The translations under genes were made by a program, and so were the position numbers. This document shows, piece after piece, positions 1 through 9,784 of a DNA stretch of 64,000 nt. The notes beneath the pieces are model-generated. The model had not been told where the DNA came from. It made no database searches and was given only the letters and a program-made list of their open reading frames with translations. Positions within the stretch are counted from its first letter, which is position 1; the number at the start of each line of letters is the position of its first letter. The stretch is from Candidatus Deferrimicrobiaceae bacterium (GTDB lineage Bacteria; Desulfobacterota; Deferrimicrobia; Deferrimicrobiales; Deferrimicrobiaceae), in contig CAWBVY010000001.1 in assembly GCA_963792415.1 (NCBI GenBank), positions 1 through 64,000 on the forward strand, given 5' to 3'.

Positions 1-1705
1 GGGGATTTCCGTACCTGTCCTTCAGGCCGACGATCCGGTTGAAGACGGGGACGCCGGGCTTCGAGTCCACTTCGTCGGCGATGAAGTAGCCGTTGCGGAC
101 GAACTGGAAACGGTCCCCGGGCGCAGCGGACGCGAGGGCGGGTTCGACGAGACACCCCCGCAGCACCTCGACCGAAGCCGGGTTCAGAAAGTCCTTGAAC
201 GTCTTCCCTTCCTCCACGTTCTCGGGATCCGCGACGGTGAACAGGCGGTCGTACAGGCGGACCTCGACCGGGACCGCGCTCGAAGCCGACACCCACTGGA
301 TCGCCGTCGTCTTCTTCCGGTCGCCCCTGGCCGGCGCGCCGAGCGACTCCGGGTCGTACGAGCAGCGGAGTTCCGCCACCTCGCCGGTGGCCGTGTCGCG
401 AACGACCTCGTCGCACCGGATGAAGTAGCCGCCCATGAGACGCGTCTCGCCGCCCGGCCGCAGGCGCCGCCAGTCGGCCGGCGGATCGACGGTGAAGTCG
501 GTGCGCTCGATGAGGATCTCCCGCGCCAGGGGGACCGTCCGCGCCCCCTCCTTCCCGGTATCCTTCGGCCACAGGGGGATTTCCAGCCCCTCCACGCGGT
601 CGTCCGGCCAGTTCGTGATCGTCGCCTTGAGGGGGCGCAGGACCGCCATCGCGCGGGGCGCACGCGCGTTCAGGTCGTCCCGGATCGCGTCCTCGAGCAG
701 CTCCATGCTGACGCGGCTGTTCGCCTTGTCCACGCCGATGCGCGCGGCGAAGAGGCGGATCCCCTCGGGCGCGTAGCCGCGGCGGCGCATCCCGGCGATC
801 GTCGGCATGCGTGGATCGTCCCAGCCGGAGACGAGGCCCTCCTCCACCAGCTGGAGCAGCTTCCGCTTGCTCATCACCGTGTAGTCGAGGTTCAGGCGCG
901 CGAACTCGTACTGCCGGGGACGCGGTTCCGGGAACAGGTTGTCGACGAGCCAGTCGTAGATCGCCCGGTTGTTCTCGAACTCGAGCGTGCAGATGGAGTG
1001 CGTGATCCCCTCGATCGCGTCGGAGAGCGGGTGGGCGAAGTCGTACATCGGGTAGAGGCACCAGGCGTCGCCCCGGCGGTAGTGCGTCGCGTGGCGGATG
1101 CGGTAGAGCAGCGGGTCGCGCAGCTTCATGTTCCTCGCCGCCATGTCGATCCTGGCGCGCAGGACGTGCGCGCCGTCGGGGAACTCCCCCGCCCTCATGC
1201 GGGCGAAGAGGTCGAGGTTCTCCCCCACGGGGCGGTCCCGGTACGGGCCATCGGCGCCCGGCTCCGTGATCGTGCCGCGGTCCCTCCGGATCTCCTCGTC
1301 GCTCCGGCTGTCCACGTACGCCTTCCCGTCGCGGATCAGGCGGACCGCCAGTTCGTAGAGCTGTTCGTAATAATCCGACGCGAAGAAGAGCTTCTCTTTC
1401 CAGTCGAACCCGAGCCAGCGCACGTCGCGCCGGATCGACTCGACGTATTTCATGTCCTCGGTTTCGGGGTTCGTGTCGTCGAACCGCAAGTGGCAGGCGC
1501 CGCCGAACTCCGCGGCGATGCCGAAGTTGATGCAGATCGACTTGGCGTGGCCGATGTGCAGGAAGCCGTTCGGCTCCGGGGGGAAGCGCGTCGCCACCCG
1601 GCCGCCGTAGACGCCGGATTCGGTGTCGCGCCGGACGATCCCCCGGAGGAAATCGACGGGTTCCCGTGTTTCGGATCCTTTCGGACGGTGGGTCGGGTCG
1701 CTCAT
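1..1705 (-). CDS. glnS: Glutamine--tRNA ligase (3' end runs off window)
   Basis: Manual translation from ATG at 1705: ...TRFPPEPNGFLHIGHAKSICINFG (HIGH motif), VMSKRKL (KMSKS-like), FQFVRNGYF. Absent from the ORF track because no stop lies in the window. Confidence 0.93.
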   Translation of the reverse strand, partial: MSDPTHRPKGSETREPVDFLRGIVRRDTESGVYGGRVATRFPPEPNGFLHIGHAKSICINFGIAAEFGGACHLRFDDTNPETEDMKYVESIRRDVRWLGFDWKEKLFFASDYYEQLYELAVRLIRDGKAYVDSRSDEEIRRDRGTITEPGADGPYRDRPVGENLDLFARMRAGEFPDGAHVLRARIDMAARNMKLRDPLLYRIRHATHYRRGDAWCLYPMYDFAHPLSDAIEGITHSICTLEFENNRAIYDWLVDNLFPEPRPRQYEFARLNLDYTVMSKRKLLQLVEEGLVSGWDDPRMPTIAGMRRRGYAPEGIRLFAARIGVDKANSRVSMELLEDAIRDDLNARAPRAMAVLRPLKATITNWPDDRVEGLEIPLWPKDTGKEGARTVPLAREILIERTDFTVDPPADWRRLRPGGETRLMGGYFIRCDEVVRDTATGEVAELRCSYDPESLGAPARGDRKKTTAIQWVSASSAVPVEVRLYDRLFTVADPENVEEGKTFKDFLNPASVEVLRGCLVEPALASAAPGDRFQFVRNGYFIADEVDSKPGVPVFNRIVGLKDRYGNP

Positions 1706-1763
1706 GGCGGAGCCCATTATACCGGAACATCGAAGCTTGATGAATGTCCCGGTTCCGGGGTTG

Positions 1764-1794
1764 TTGACGGGATCCGGCAAATGCGTTCAATATA
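1764..1794 (+). promoter_or_regulatory. Putative sigma70-like promoter upstream of gspC-like copy 1
   Basis: TTGACG at 1764 followed by ATGCGTTCAATATA; same motif and spacing recur at 2513. Confidence 0.45.
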
Positions 1795-1824
1795 GGAACT
1801 TACATCCGATTCCCCGGGGAGTGC

Positions 1825-2643
1825 ATGCGGAAGCCGGTCCACCTGGCCATAGTGGGGTTTTCCATCGTCGTGGCGGCCGTTTCGCTCGGCGTCACCCTGA
1901 CGCGCTTCCTCGGCCTGCTCGCGTACTCCCCGAAGGGCACGGCGCAGGCGGCCGCGACCCCCGGCGGGCCCCGCGTCCCCGCCGCGCCGCCGGAGGAGTG
2001 GAACAACCTCTTCGCCCCCGGCGACGGGATGAAACTGGCGTCCCGTCTCCCCGCGGTGGACCCGAAGACCGGTTCCCGTGCGACGCGCTCCAGTTTCGTC
2101 CTCGTGGGGACGATCGTATCCTCCTCGCCTTCCGCCAGCCGGGCGATCCTCTGGGCGGACGGCATGAAGGAGCCGAAAGCGTTCCGGGAAAAGGAGGAGG
2201 TCGAGCCCGGGGCGTTCCTCTCCTCGGTCCAGCGCGACGCGGCGTGGATCACGCGCGGCGGCGAGCGGGAAAAACTCGAGATCCTGCCGGTGGGAAGCCG
2301 CGGCCGCACGACGGCGAAGGGAGCCCCGACCATCGCTCCAGCGGTCGCCTCCGCAGCCTCGCGCCCCGCCGCCTCCCCCGGTGCCCCTTCCCGTCCCGGG
2401 ACGGTGGCCTCCCCCGACCCCACCCCCCGGGAGCGAGGAGGGGAGGATACTCACCCCGAAGGAACGGTACCGGCGATCCCACAGGAACCGGAGGTGACGG
2501 CGCACGCCGCAGTTGACGAACTCCCCGGGATGCGTCCAGTATATCTGGTTATATCCGATCTTACGGAGAGTGGATGCGCAAGCAGGTGCACCTCGCAATA
2601 CTGGGGATTTCCATCGTCGTGGCGGCGGGTTCCCTCGGCATGA
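1825..2643 (+). CDS. GspC-like protein, TM + HR domain only, no PDZ (paralog of next gene; true stop may be 2497 if a C-tract indel is present)
   Basis: First ~160 aa closely match 2574..3488 (EEWxNLFAP..GMKLxSRLPA, FVLVGTIVSSSP, MKEPKAFRE, LEILPVGS). Confidence 0.7.
   Translation: MRKPVHLAIVGFSIVVAAVSLGVTLTRFLGLLAYSPKGTAQAAATPGGPRVPAAPPEEWNNLFAPGDGMKLASRLPAVDPKTGSRATRSSFVLVGTIVSSSPSASRAILWADGMKEPKAFREKEEVEPGAFLSSVQRDAAWITRGGEREKLEILPVGSRGRTTAKGAPTIAPAVASAASRPAASPGAPSRPGTVASPDPTPRERGGEDTHPEGTVPAIPQEPEVTAHAAVDELPGMRPVYLVISDLTESGCASRCTSQYWGFPSSWRRVPSA
2513..2543 (+). promoter_or_regulatory. Duplicated putative promoter upstream of gspC
   Basis: TTGACG...ATGCGTCCAGTATA, exactly 749 bp after the first copy, the same offset as the two ATGs. 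Confidence 0.45.
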
Positions 2644-3488
2644 CGCTGGCGAGGTACCTCTCCCTGCGCGCGTATGCCCCCAAGGCGGCGGCGCGCCCCA
2701 CCGCCGCGCCCGCGGCGCGGGCCGTCCCGGCGACGACGCCGGAGGAGTGGACCAACCTGTTCGCTCCCGCGCAGGGGATGAAATTGCCGTCGCGGCTCCC
2801 CGCGACGAGCGGGAAATCCGTTTCCCGGGGGCCGCGCTCGGCATTCGTCCTCGTGGGGACCATCGTCTCCTCCAGTCCCGCCGCCAGCCGCGCGATCCTG
2901 TGGGCGAACGGAATGAAGGAGCCGAAGGCGTTCCGTGAAAATGACGAGGTCGAGCCCGGGGCGTTCCTTTCCTCCGTCGAGCGGGACAAGGCGTGGCTGA
3001 CCCGGGGCGGCGCGCGCGAGATGCTCGAGATCCTCCCCGTGGGCAGCAAGTCGCGCGCATCCCTCTCCCCGCCCGCCGCGGGACCGAGGAGCGCGGCCCC
3101 CGCCCCGCCGCCGGCGGCCGTGACCTCCTCCCCCCCGGGTGGAGAGATCCGCGTGGAGCGTCTTGGGGACAACCAGTTCGCCATCGACGAGGCGGGCGTG
3201 ACGCAACTGACCACCAACATCAACCAGTACATGACCCAGGTCCGCCTGATCCCGTTTTTCGAGGGGAACAAGTCGGCCGGCTACCGGATCGCCGCCATCC
3301 GCCCCGGCACCACCTTCGAACAGCTCGGGTTCCAGGGAGGGGACGTCCTCCAGCAGGTGAACGGGCTGGACGTATCCTCCCCCGAGAAGCTCTACACCAT
3401 CTTCCAGAACCTGAAGGATGAGAAGAAGGTGTCGGTGAACATCCTTCGTCAAGGGCAAAAGAACACGCTGACGTACGAAATCCGATGA
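2574..3488 (+). CDS. gspC: Type II secretion protein C with PDZ domain
   Basis: N-terminal TM, HR domain, C-terminal PDZ (GYRIAAIRPG..FEQLGFQGGDVLQQVNG); directly precedes the secretin. Confidence 0.88.
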   Translation: MRKQVHLAILGISIVVAAGSLGMTLARYLSLRAYAPKAAARPTAAPAARAVPATTPEEWTNLFAPAQGMKLPSRLPATSGKSVSRGPRSAFVLVGTIVSSSPAASRAILWANGMKEPKAFRENDEVEPGAFLSSVERDKAWLTRGGAREMLEILPVGSKSRASLSPPAAGPRSAAPAPPPAAVTSSPPGGEIRVERLGDNQFAIDEAGVTQLTTNINQYMTQVRLIPFFEGNKSAGYRIAAIRPGTTFEQLGFQGGDVLQQVNGLDVSSPEKLYTIFQNLKDEKKVSVNILRQGQKNTLTYEIR

Positions 3489-5749
3489 TCCGGGAGAATC
3501 CGATGCGAATTCCTGTCCTGCTGATCGCCGGCCTCATCGCGTTCGGGCCCGCCGCCCACGCGGCCGAGGCGCCTCCGGCGAGCGAGACGCCCCCGGCGGC
3601 CGTGACGGCTCCGGCGCCCGCAACCGCTCCCGGGACTCCTCCCGCGGCTGTGGAGGCCCCGGCGCCTGCGACCGTTCCCGAGACGCCCCCGGCGGCCGCG
3701 ACCGCTCCCGAGGCGCCCCCCGCGGCCGTCACGGCCCCGGCGCCCGCACCCTCCGCGGCACCCTCGGCGGCACCTGGCCCATCCATGGTTCCCGTGGCCA
3801 AATCCCCCACGTACCTGTCGATGGACTTCACCGACGTCGATCTGCCGGTCCTCATCAAGTTCATGAGCGAGCAGACGAAGAGGAACTTCGTCTTCGACGA
3901 GCGGGTGCAGGGGAAGATCACGATCATCTCCCCCCGCCGGGTAACGCTCGACGAGGCGTACGACGTCTTCCTCCTCGTGCTGCAGGCGAAGGGGTTCACC
4001 ACCGTATCGCAGGGGAACACGACCAAGATCATCGCCGCCAGGGAAGCGCGCCAGGACCCGATCCGCACCGGCGTCTCGAAGGAGACCGGCCCCGCGGAGT
4101 TCATCACCCGCCTCGTTCCGCTGCAGTACCTCGAGAGCACCGAGGTCGTTCCGCTGGTGACGCCGCTCGTCTCCAAGGACGGGATGGTCTCCGCGTTCGG
4201 CTCCTCCAACACCCTGCTGCTGATCGACTCGCGCGCCAATATCGACCGGATCATCGCGATCCTCGCCGAGGTCGACAGCGAGGGAACCCCCGGGGTCCTT
4301 CGGGTCTACCCTCTGGCGTACGCCATCGCGGCCGACGCCGCGAAGACGTTGACCTCCATCTTCGTGGAGACCGGCCCGGCCGCCGCCCAGTCCGCGAGAG
4401 TCCGCTCCCGCGGGTTGAGCATCCGCCCCTCACGGAGCATCGCGGTGAAGATCCTGCCGGATTCCCGCACCAACAGCCTGGTCGTGCATGCCGGGCAGGA
4501 GATGCAGGACGACATGGCGGAACTGCTGAAAAAGATCGACATCCCCGCCTCCGCCGGGAGCGGAAGGATCAACGTCTACTACCTCGAAAACGCGGACGCC
4601 GAAGAGGTGTCCAAGGTCCTGGCCTCCCTCTCGAAGGAGCGCACCGGCGCCCCGACGCCCGTCCCGGCGGCGCGGCCCGGGGTCCCGGCAACCGTGGCGG
4701 GGGTCGTCTCCGCCGAACTCGAGGGAGGCGTGAAGGTCACGGCGGACAAGGCCACCAACGCCCTCGTCATCGTCGCGTCGGCGAACGACTACGAGACGCT
4801 GTTGGGGGTCATCAGGAAACTCGACATCCGTCGCCGCCAGGTGTTCGTCGAAGCGATGGTCATGGAGATCGACATCGACAAGACGCTGGACGTCGGGGTG
4901 GAGTGGCGCGCCGCGGCGGAGGTCGGGGGCGGGGACGGCGCCGTCATCGGGGGCGCGAACTACGGCATCGCGGGCGGCATGAACTCCCTGCTGGCCGGCA
5001 TCGCCGCGGGAGCCCCCCTCATCTTCCCGGGTTCGGGGCTGGTCGCCGGCGGGATCGGCGGAAGCGTCACCCTGCCGGACGGAACGAAGGTTCCCGCCAT
5101 CGCGGCCGTCCTCCGGGCGTCGCAGGGGAACAACAACCTGAACATCCTTTCCTCGCCCCACCTGCTCACGCAGAACAACAAGGAGGCGGAGATCATCGTC
5201 GCCGAGAACATCCCCTTCATCACCAGCACGTCCCGCGACTCGACGAACCTCGCCAACGTCATCAACACCGTCGAGCGCAAGGACGTCGGCGTCACGTTGC
5301 GGATCACGCCCCACATCCACGAGAGCGAATTCGTCAGCCTGGACATCTACCAGGAGGCATCGGCCCTGAAGCAGGATGTCCTGTCCCTGGCCCAGTCGGC
5401 CACCGTGGGGCCGACCTGGACGAAACGGTCCACGAAGACCACGGTCCTGGTGAAGAGCGGGGACACGGTGATCATCAGCGGCATCATCCAGGACAATTTC
5501 ACCAAGAACGTGTCCAAGGTCCCCCTCCTCGGCGACATCCCCCTCCTAGGGTGGTTCTTCCGGTACACCTCGGAACAGAAAAAGAAGACGAATCTGCTGA
5601 TCATGCTGACTCCCCACATCATCCACGAACCGGGGAATCTTTCGAAGCCCCTGGAAGACCGGCAACGGGAGATGCTCGATCCCTTCTCCGCCACCCGGGA
5701 CGAGGGGAAGCGCCTGTTCCCCGAATCGGTCGGGGAAAAGAAGCCTTGA
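3485..5749 (+). CDS. gspD: Type II secretion secretin D
   Basis: N0 (MDFTDVDLPVLIKFMSE), N1-N3 repeats, secretin core (RRRQVFVEA, ILSSPHLLT, KVPLLGDIPLLGWFFR). Confidence 0.95.
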   Translation: MIRENPMRIPVLLIAGLIAFGPAAHAAEAPPASETPPAAVTAPAPATAPGTPPAAVEAPAPATVPETPPAAATAPEAPPAAVTAPAPAPSAAPSAAPGPSMVPVAKSPTYLSMDFTDVDLPVLIKFMSEQTKRNFVFDERVQGKITIISPRRVTLDEAYDVFLLVLQAKGFTTVSQGNTTKIIAAREARQDPIRTGVSKETGPAEFITRLVPLQYLESTEVVPLVTPLVSKDGMVSAFGSSNTLLLIDSRANIDRIIAILAEVDSEGTPGVLRVYPLAYAIAADAAKTLTSIFVETGPAAAQSARVRSRGLSIRPSRSIAVKILPDSRTNSLVVHAGQEMQDDMAELLKKIDIPASAGSGRINVYYLENADAEEVSKVLASLSKERTGAPTPVPAARPGVPATVAGVVSAELEGGVKVTADKATNALVIVASANDYETLLGVIRKLDIRRRQVFVEAMVMEIDIDKTLDVGVEWRAAAEVGGGDGAVIGGANYGIAGGMNSLLAGIAAGAPLIFPGSGLVAGGIGGSVTLPDGTKVPAIAAVLRASQGNNNLNILSSPHLLTQNNKEAEIIVAENIPFITSTSRDSTNLANVINTVERKDVGVTLRITPHIHESEFVSLDIYQEASALKQDVLSLAQSATVGPTWTKRSTKTTVLVKSGDTVIISGIIQDNFTKNVSKVPLLGDIPLLGWFFRYTSEQKKKTNLLIMLTPHIIHEPGNLSKPLEDRQREMLDPFSATRDEGKRLFPESVGEKKP
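3585..3780 (+). repeat. Ala/Pro-rich imperfect ~16-aa tandem repeat in the GspD N-terminus
   Basis: ETPPAAVTAPAPATAP / GTPPAAVEAPAPATVP / ETPPAAATAPEAPPAAVTAPAP. Confidence 0.75.
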
Positions 5750-7275
5750 CCGGCCCCGCGTCGCCCGCGCCGTTCGATCCGGTGGAGCTCCACCCGGAGA
5801 CGGCGCTGCTCCCGAAGATACCGATCGGCTACGCCCGGAGACACCTCCTGCTCCCGTGCCGGACGTCGGCCGGGGAAATCGTCCTCCTGTCGGGGGGAAA
5901 GCCGGAGGCCCGCGAGGCGGTCGACGAGATGCGGTTCCTCGCCGGTTCCACCCGGGTCGTCTGCGCGCCGGAGAGCGAGGTGCTCGCCCGGATCGACGCC
6001 GCGTACGAGCGGGCCCACTCCCCGGAGAACGAGATCGTGGAGGGGCTTCCGGGGGAATGGGACCTCGACCCGACGGCCGCCATCGAGGAGACGCGGGACC
6101 TTCTCGAGACCCCCGACGAGGCGCCGGTCATCCGCTTCGTCCACGCCGTCCTCTTCCGCGCGATCCGGGAGCGGTCCAGCGACATCCACTTCGAGCCGTA
6201 CGAAAAGGAACTGGTCGTCCGCAACCGGGTCGACGGCATCCTCTACCCGATGATCACCGCCCCCAGGAAGTGGCACGCCCCGGCGGTCTCCCGGGTCAAG
6301 GTCATGGCGGGGCTCGACATCGCGGAGCGCCGCCTGCCCCAGGACGGGCGGATCAAGATCCGCCTCGGCGGGCGGGAGATCGACATCCGCGTCTCCACCG
6401 TCCCCACCTCCTTCGGCGAGCGCGCCGTGCTGCGGCTCCTCGACCGGGGGAACGTCCTCTTCGGGCTTTCCGACATGGGCTTCGACCCCGAGGACCTCGC
6501 GACGTTCGAGCGGTTCCTTTCCCGGTCGAGCGGCATCCTCCTCGTCACCGGCCCGACCGGGTCCGGGAAGACCACCACGCTCTACGCCGCCCTGCGCCAC
6601 CTCGACTCGGGCACCAAGAACATCATCACGATCGAGGACCCGGTGGAGTACCAGTTCCAGGGGATCGGGCAGATCCAGGTGAACCCGAAGATCCAGCTGA
6701 CGTTCGCCAACGGCCTGCGCTCCATCCTGCGCCAGGACCCCGACATCATCATGGTGGGCGAGATCCGGGACGCGGAGACGGCCGAGATCGCCATCCAGGC
6801 GTCGCTGACCGGGCACCTGGTCCTTTCGACGCTCCACACCAACGATTCGGCCAGCGCGGTCACGCGCCTCGTGGACATGGGGATCGAGCCGTTCCTCGTC
6901 GCCTCCTCCCTCTCGGGCGTCGTGGCCCAGCGGCTGGTGCGCCTCTTGTGCCCCGACTGCAAGACCCCCTACGTGCCCACCGCCGCGGATGCGCGGAGCG
7001 TGGGGCTCCCCTCCCCGCCCGGGACCCCCTTCTACCGGCCGGGCGGATGCGAGAAGTGCCTGCGCACGGGGTACCTGGGGCGCGTCGCGCTCTTCGAGAT
7101 CCTCCCCGCGGACGAAACGATCCGGTCGATGATCCTCACCCGCGCCGACGCGGACGGGATCCGGACGCTCGCCGTCTCCCGCGGGATGCGGACGATCCTC
7201 GCGGCCGGCGCGGAGAAGGTCGTCGCCGGGGCGACCTCGGTGGAAGAGGTCCTGCGCGTCACGCAGGAGGAGTGA
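5746..7275 (+). CDS. gspE: Type II secretion ATPase E
   Basis: TTG start overlapping the gspD stop; SDIHFEP, GPTGSGKTTT, TIEDPVEY, LRQDPD, tetra-Cys motif. Confidence 0.95.
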   Translation: MTGPASPAPFDPVELHPETALLPKIPIGYARRHLLLPCRTSAGEIVLLSGGKPEAREAVDEMRFLAGSTRVVCAPESEVLARIDAAYERAHSPENEIVEGLPGEWDLDPTAAIEETRDLLETPDEAPVIRFVHAVLFRAIRERSSDIHFEPYEKELVVRNRVDGILYPMITAPRKWHAPAVSRVKVMAGLDIAERRLPQDGRIKIRLGGREIDIRVSTVPTSFGERAVLRLLDRGNVLFGLSDMGFDPEDLATFERFLSRSSGILLVTGPTGSGKTTTLYAALRHLDSGTKNIITIEDPVEYQFQGIGQIQVNPKIQLTFANGLRSILRQDPDIIMVGEIRDAETAEIAIQASLTGHLVLSTLHTNDSASAVTRLVDMGIEPFLVASSLSGVVAQRLVRLLCPDCKTPYVPTAADARSVGLPSPPGTPFYRPGGCEKCLRTGYLGRVALFEILPADETIRSMILTRADADGIRTLAVSRGMRTILAAGAEKVVAGATSVEEVLRVTQEE

Positions 7276-7282
7276 GCGGACC

Positions 7283-8488
7283 GTGGCGACGTTCCGCTAC
7301 ACCGGGCTCTCCCGGGCCGGCGTCTCGCAGAAGGGTACCCTCGAGGCGGACAGCGCCATCCTCGCGCGCAGGAAGCTCCACGCGGAAGGGATCTTCCCCC
7401 TCAGCCTGAAAGAGGGGCCGCCCGAGCGCAAGGGCGGGTTCCTCCCCTCCCTCCTCCGGAGGGAGGATTTCCTTCCCCTCCTCACCCGGCAGCTCGCGAC
7501 GCTCCTGGGCGCGGGCGTCCCGCTCGTGGGCGCCCTGCAGTCGGTGACGACCCAGGTGGACGACCCGGAGAGCCGCCAGGTCCTCGTCGACCTGCTGGAG
7601 GCCGTCCGCGGGGGGGCGCCGCTGGCACGAGCCGTGGAGGCCCACCCCGGGACGTTTCCGAACCTCTACGCCAGCATGGTGCGGGCGGGCGAGGAGAGCG
7701 GCACGCTCCCGCTCTCCCTCACCCGCCTTGCCGACCACCTCGAGGAGCAGGCCCGGACCCGGAACCGGGTCCGCTCCGCGCTCACCTATCCGCTCCTGAT
7801 GGCGGTCGTGGCCGCCCTCGTCGTGGTGTTCCTGCTGACCTTCGTCGTCCCGAAGATCGTGGGGATCTTCTCCCACCTCGGGCACGCCCTCCCCCTTCCG
7901 ACGCGCATCCTCATCGGGGTCACCGACGTCCTCGCGGCCTCGTGGTGGGCGCTCCTGCTCCTCACCGCCGGGGCGGTCCTCGGAATCCGAAGGTACCTGG
8001 CCACGGAGCGCGGCAGGATGGCCCGGGACACCCTGCTTCTCCGCCTCCCCCTCGTGGGGCGGCTCGAGCACCTCTCCGCCCTCTCGCGGTTCGCGCGCAC
8101 CCTGTCCACGCTGATCTCGGGAGGGATCCCGGTCGACCGCGCGCTGCGGATCGTGGCGCCGGTCGTCGGGAACGCGGTGATCACGGGCCAGATCGCGGCC
8201 TCGGCGGACCGGGTGGTGGAGGGGGCGACCCTCTCCGAATCGCTGCGTCCGCATCCCGAGATCCCCCTCACGCTCGTGCAGATGGTGGCGGTCGGCGAGG
8301 AAAGCGGGGCCCTCGGCGACCTCCTCTACCGGGCCGCCGACGCGATGGACGAGGAGACGAACGCCCGCCTTTCGCGCCTGCTCTCCCTGCTCGAGCCGCT
8401 GATCATCCTCGTGATGGGGACCGTGGTCGCGTTCATCGTCGTGTCGGTTCTGCTGCCGCTGCTCGACATTTCAACGCTCGTCCGATAG
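7283..8488 (+). CDS. gspF: Type II secretion inner-membrane platform protein F
   Basis: TRQLATLLGAGVPL, AGEESG, two GspF/PilC repeats, LLEPLII. Confidence 0.93.
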   Translation: MATFRYTGLSRAGVSQKGTLEADSAILARRKLHAEGIFPLSLKEGPPERKGGFLPSLLRREDFLPLLTRQLATLLGAGVPLVGALQSVTTQVDDPESRQVLVDLLEAVRGGAPLARAVEAHPGTFPNLYASMVRAGEESGTLPLSLTRLADHLEEQARTRNRVRSALTYPLLMAVVAALVVVFLLTFVVPKIVGIFSHLGHALPLPTRILIGVTDVLAASWWALLLLTAGAVLGIRRYLATERGRMARDTLLLRLPLVGRLEHLSALSRFARTLSTLISGGIPVDRALRIVAPVVGNAVITGQIAASADRVVEGATLSESLRPHPEIPLTLVQMVAVGEESGALGDLLYRAADAMDEETNARLSRLLSLLEPLIILVMGTVVAFIVVSVLLPLLDISTLVR

Positions 8489-8498
8489 GAGGAACCCG

Positions 8499-8954
8499 AT
8501 GGAATCGGAAAAGAACGGGACGAGGAGGCTCCGCGACCGGTCGGGGTTCACCCTCATCGAGATCATGGTCGTCATCGTCATCCTCGGCCTGCTGGCGGCC
8601 CTGGTCGTCCCGAAGCTGATCGGGCGGACCGAGGAGGCGAAGAAGACCCAGGCGCGGATCCAGATCCGGAACATCGAGCAGGCCCTCGGGCTGTTCAAGC
8701 TGGACAACGGGTTCTACCCCACCACCGACCAGGGGATCGAGGCGCTGATCAAGATCCCCGACGCCGGCCGGATCCCGAAGAATTACCGGAAGGACGGCTA
8801 CATGGACCGCCTGCCGAAAGACCCGTGGGGGAACCCGTACGTGTACCTGAGTCCCGGGTCGCACGGCGACTACGACATCAGCTCTTACGGCGCGGACGGC
8901 GCCCAAGGCGGTGAAGGCGAGGATGGGGACATCAACTCCTGGGACGCCCAGTAG
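8499..8954 (+). CDS. gspG: Major pseudopilin G
   Basis: GFTLIEIMVV prepilin motif; YPTTDQG; LPKDPWGNPY; SYGADG. Confidence 0.96.
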   Translation: MESEKNGTRRLRDRSGFTLIEIMVVIVILGLLAALVVPKLIGRTEEAKKTQARIQIRNIEQALGLFKLDNGFYPTTDQGIEALIKIPDAGRIPKNYRKDGYMDRLPKDPWGNPYVYLSPGSHGDYDISSYGADGAQGGEGEDGDINSWDAQ

Positions 8955-9435
8955 AGGGTTCACGCTCGTCGAGCTTGCGGTCGTCCTGTTCGTGCTCGGC
9001 CTGGTGCTGTGGGTCGCCCTCCCGAGGCTTGCGCACGTCGGCGAGCCCGACCGCGACACGGTGTTCCGCGCGCTCTCCGCGGGCTCCGAGGCGGCGTACG
9101 ATCTTTCCCTCTACGAGAAGCGGGAGACCCGGCTCGTCCTGCACCCCACCGACGGGACGTACGAGTTCGTCCACCCGGACCGCCCGGACGAGACGAAGCG
9201 CACCCTGGAGTTCGGGTCCCGCCTGTCGGTGACCGGGATCCTCATCGAGGGGGTGGATCGCCCGCTCGACATCCCCACGGAGATCCGGTATTTCCCCGGC
9301 GGACGGGTCGTGGCGGCGCGGATCTTCCTTCGGGACGATGGAGGCGGGGACACCCCTTCCGAATGGACCCTCCGCCTCAGCCCGTTCGACGGCTCGATCC
9401 GGATCCTCGAGGGGACGGTGCGGGAAGATGGGTGA
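8923..9435 (+). CDS. gspH: Minor pseudopilin H
   Basis: GFTLVEL prepilin motif; position after gspG; start 8911 or 8923. Confidence 0.8.
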   Translation: MGTSTPGTPSRGFTLVELAVVLFVLGLVLWVALPRLAHVGEPDRDTVFRALSAGSEAAYDLSLYEKRETRLVLHPTDGTYEFVHPDRPDETKRTLEFGSRLSVTGILIEGVDRPLDIPTEIRYFPGGRVVAARIFLRDDGGGDTPSEWTLRLSPFDGSIRILEGTVREDG

Positions 9436-9784
9436 CCGCCGCGGATTCACCCTGCTCGAGGTGCTGGTCTCCCTCGCCATCCTGTCGATCACGCTGCTCC
9501 TCGCGTACCAGGTCCTCTCCGGCGCGATCGCCGCGGAGGACCGTTCGGAGCGGTGGACCGTCGCCTCCTTCCTCGGGGAGGTTCTCGTCCGCGAATCCAC
9601 GGCCGGGTGGCCCGATACCGGGGAAACGTCCGGAAAGTTCGCGGCCCCGTTGGAGGCGTACTCCTGGGAGCGTTCGATCCGTACCGCGGCGCACCCCGAC
9701 GCCCGGGAGGTCCATGTCACCGTCACCTGGTCCGAAGGCGGCGCGGAGGAACGGGTCTCCCTCGCCGGCGTCGCCGTCAAATGA
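9428..9784 (+). CDS. gspI: Minor pseudopilin I
   Basis: MGDRRGFTLLEVLVSLAIL; C-terminal REVHVTVTW. Confidence 0.85.
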   Translation: MGDRRGFTLLEVLVSLAILSITLLLAYQVLSGAIAAEDRSERWTVASFLGEVLVRESTAGWPDTGETSGKFAAPLEAYSWERSIRTAAHPDAREVHVTVTWSEGGAEERVSLAGVAVK

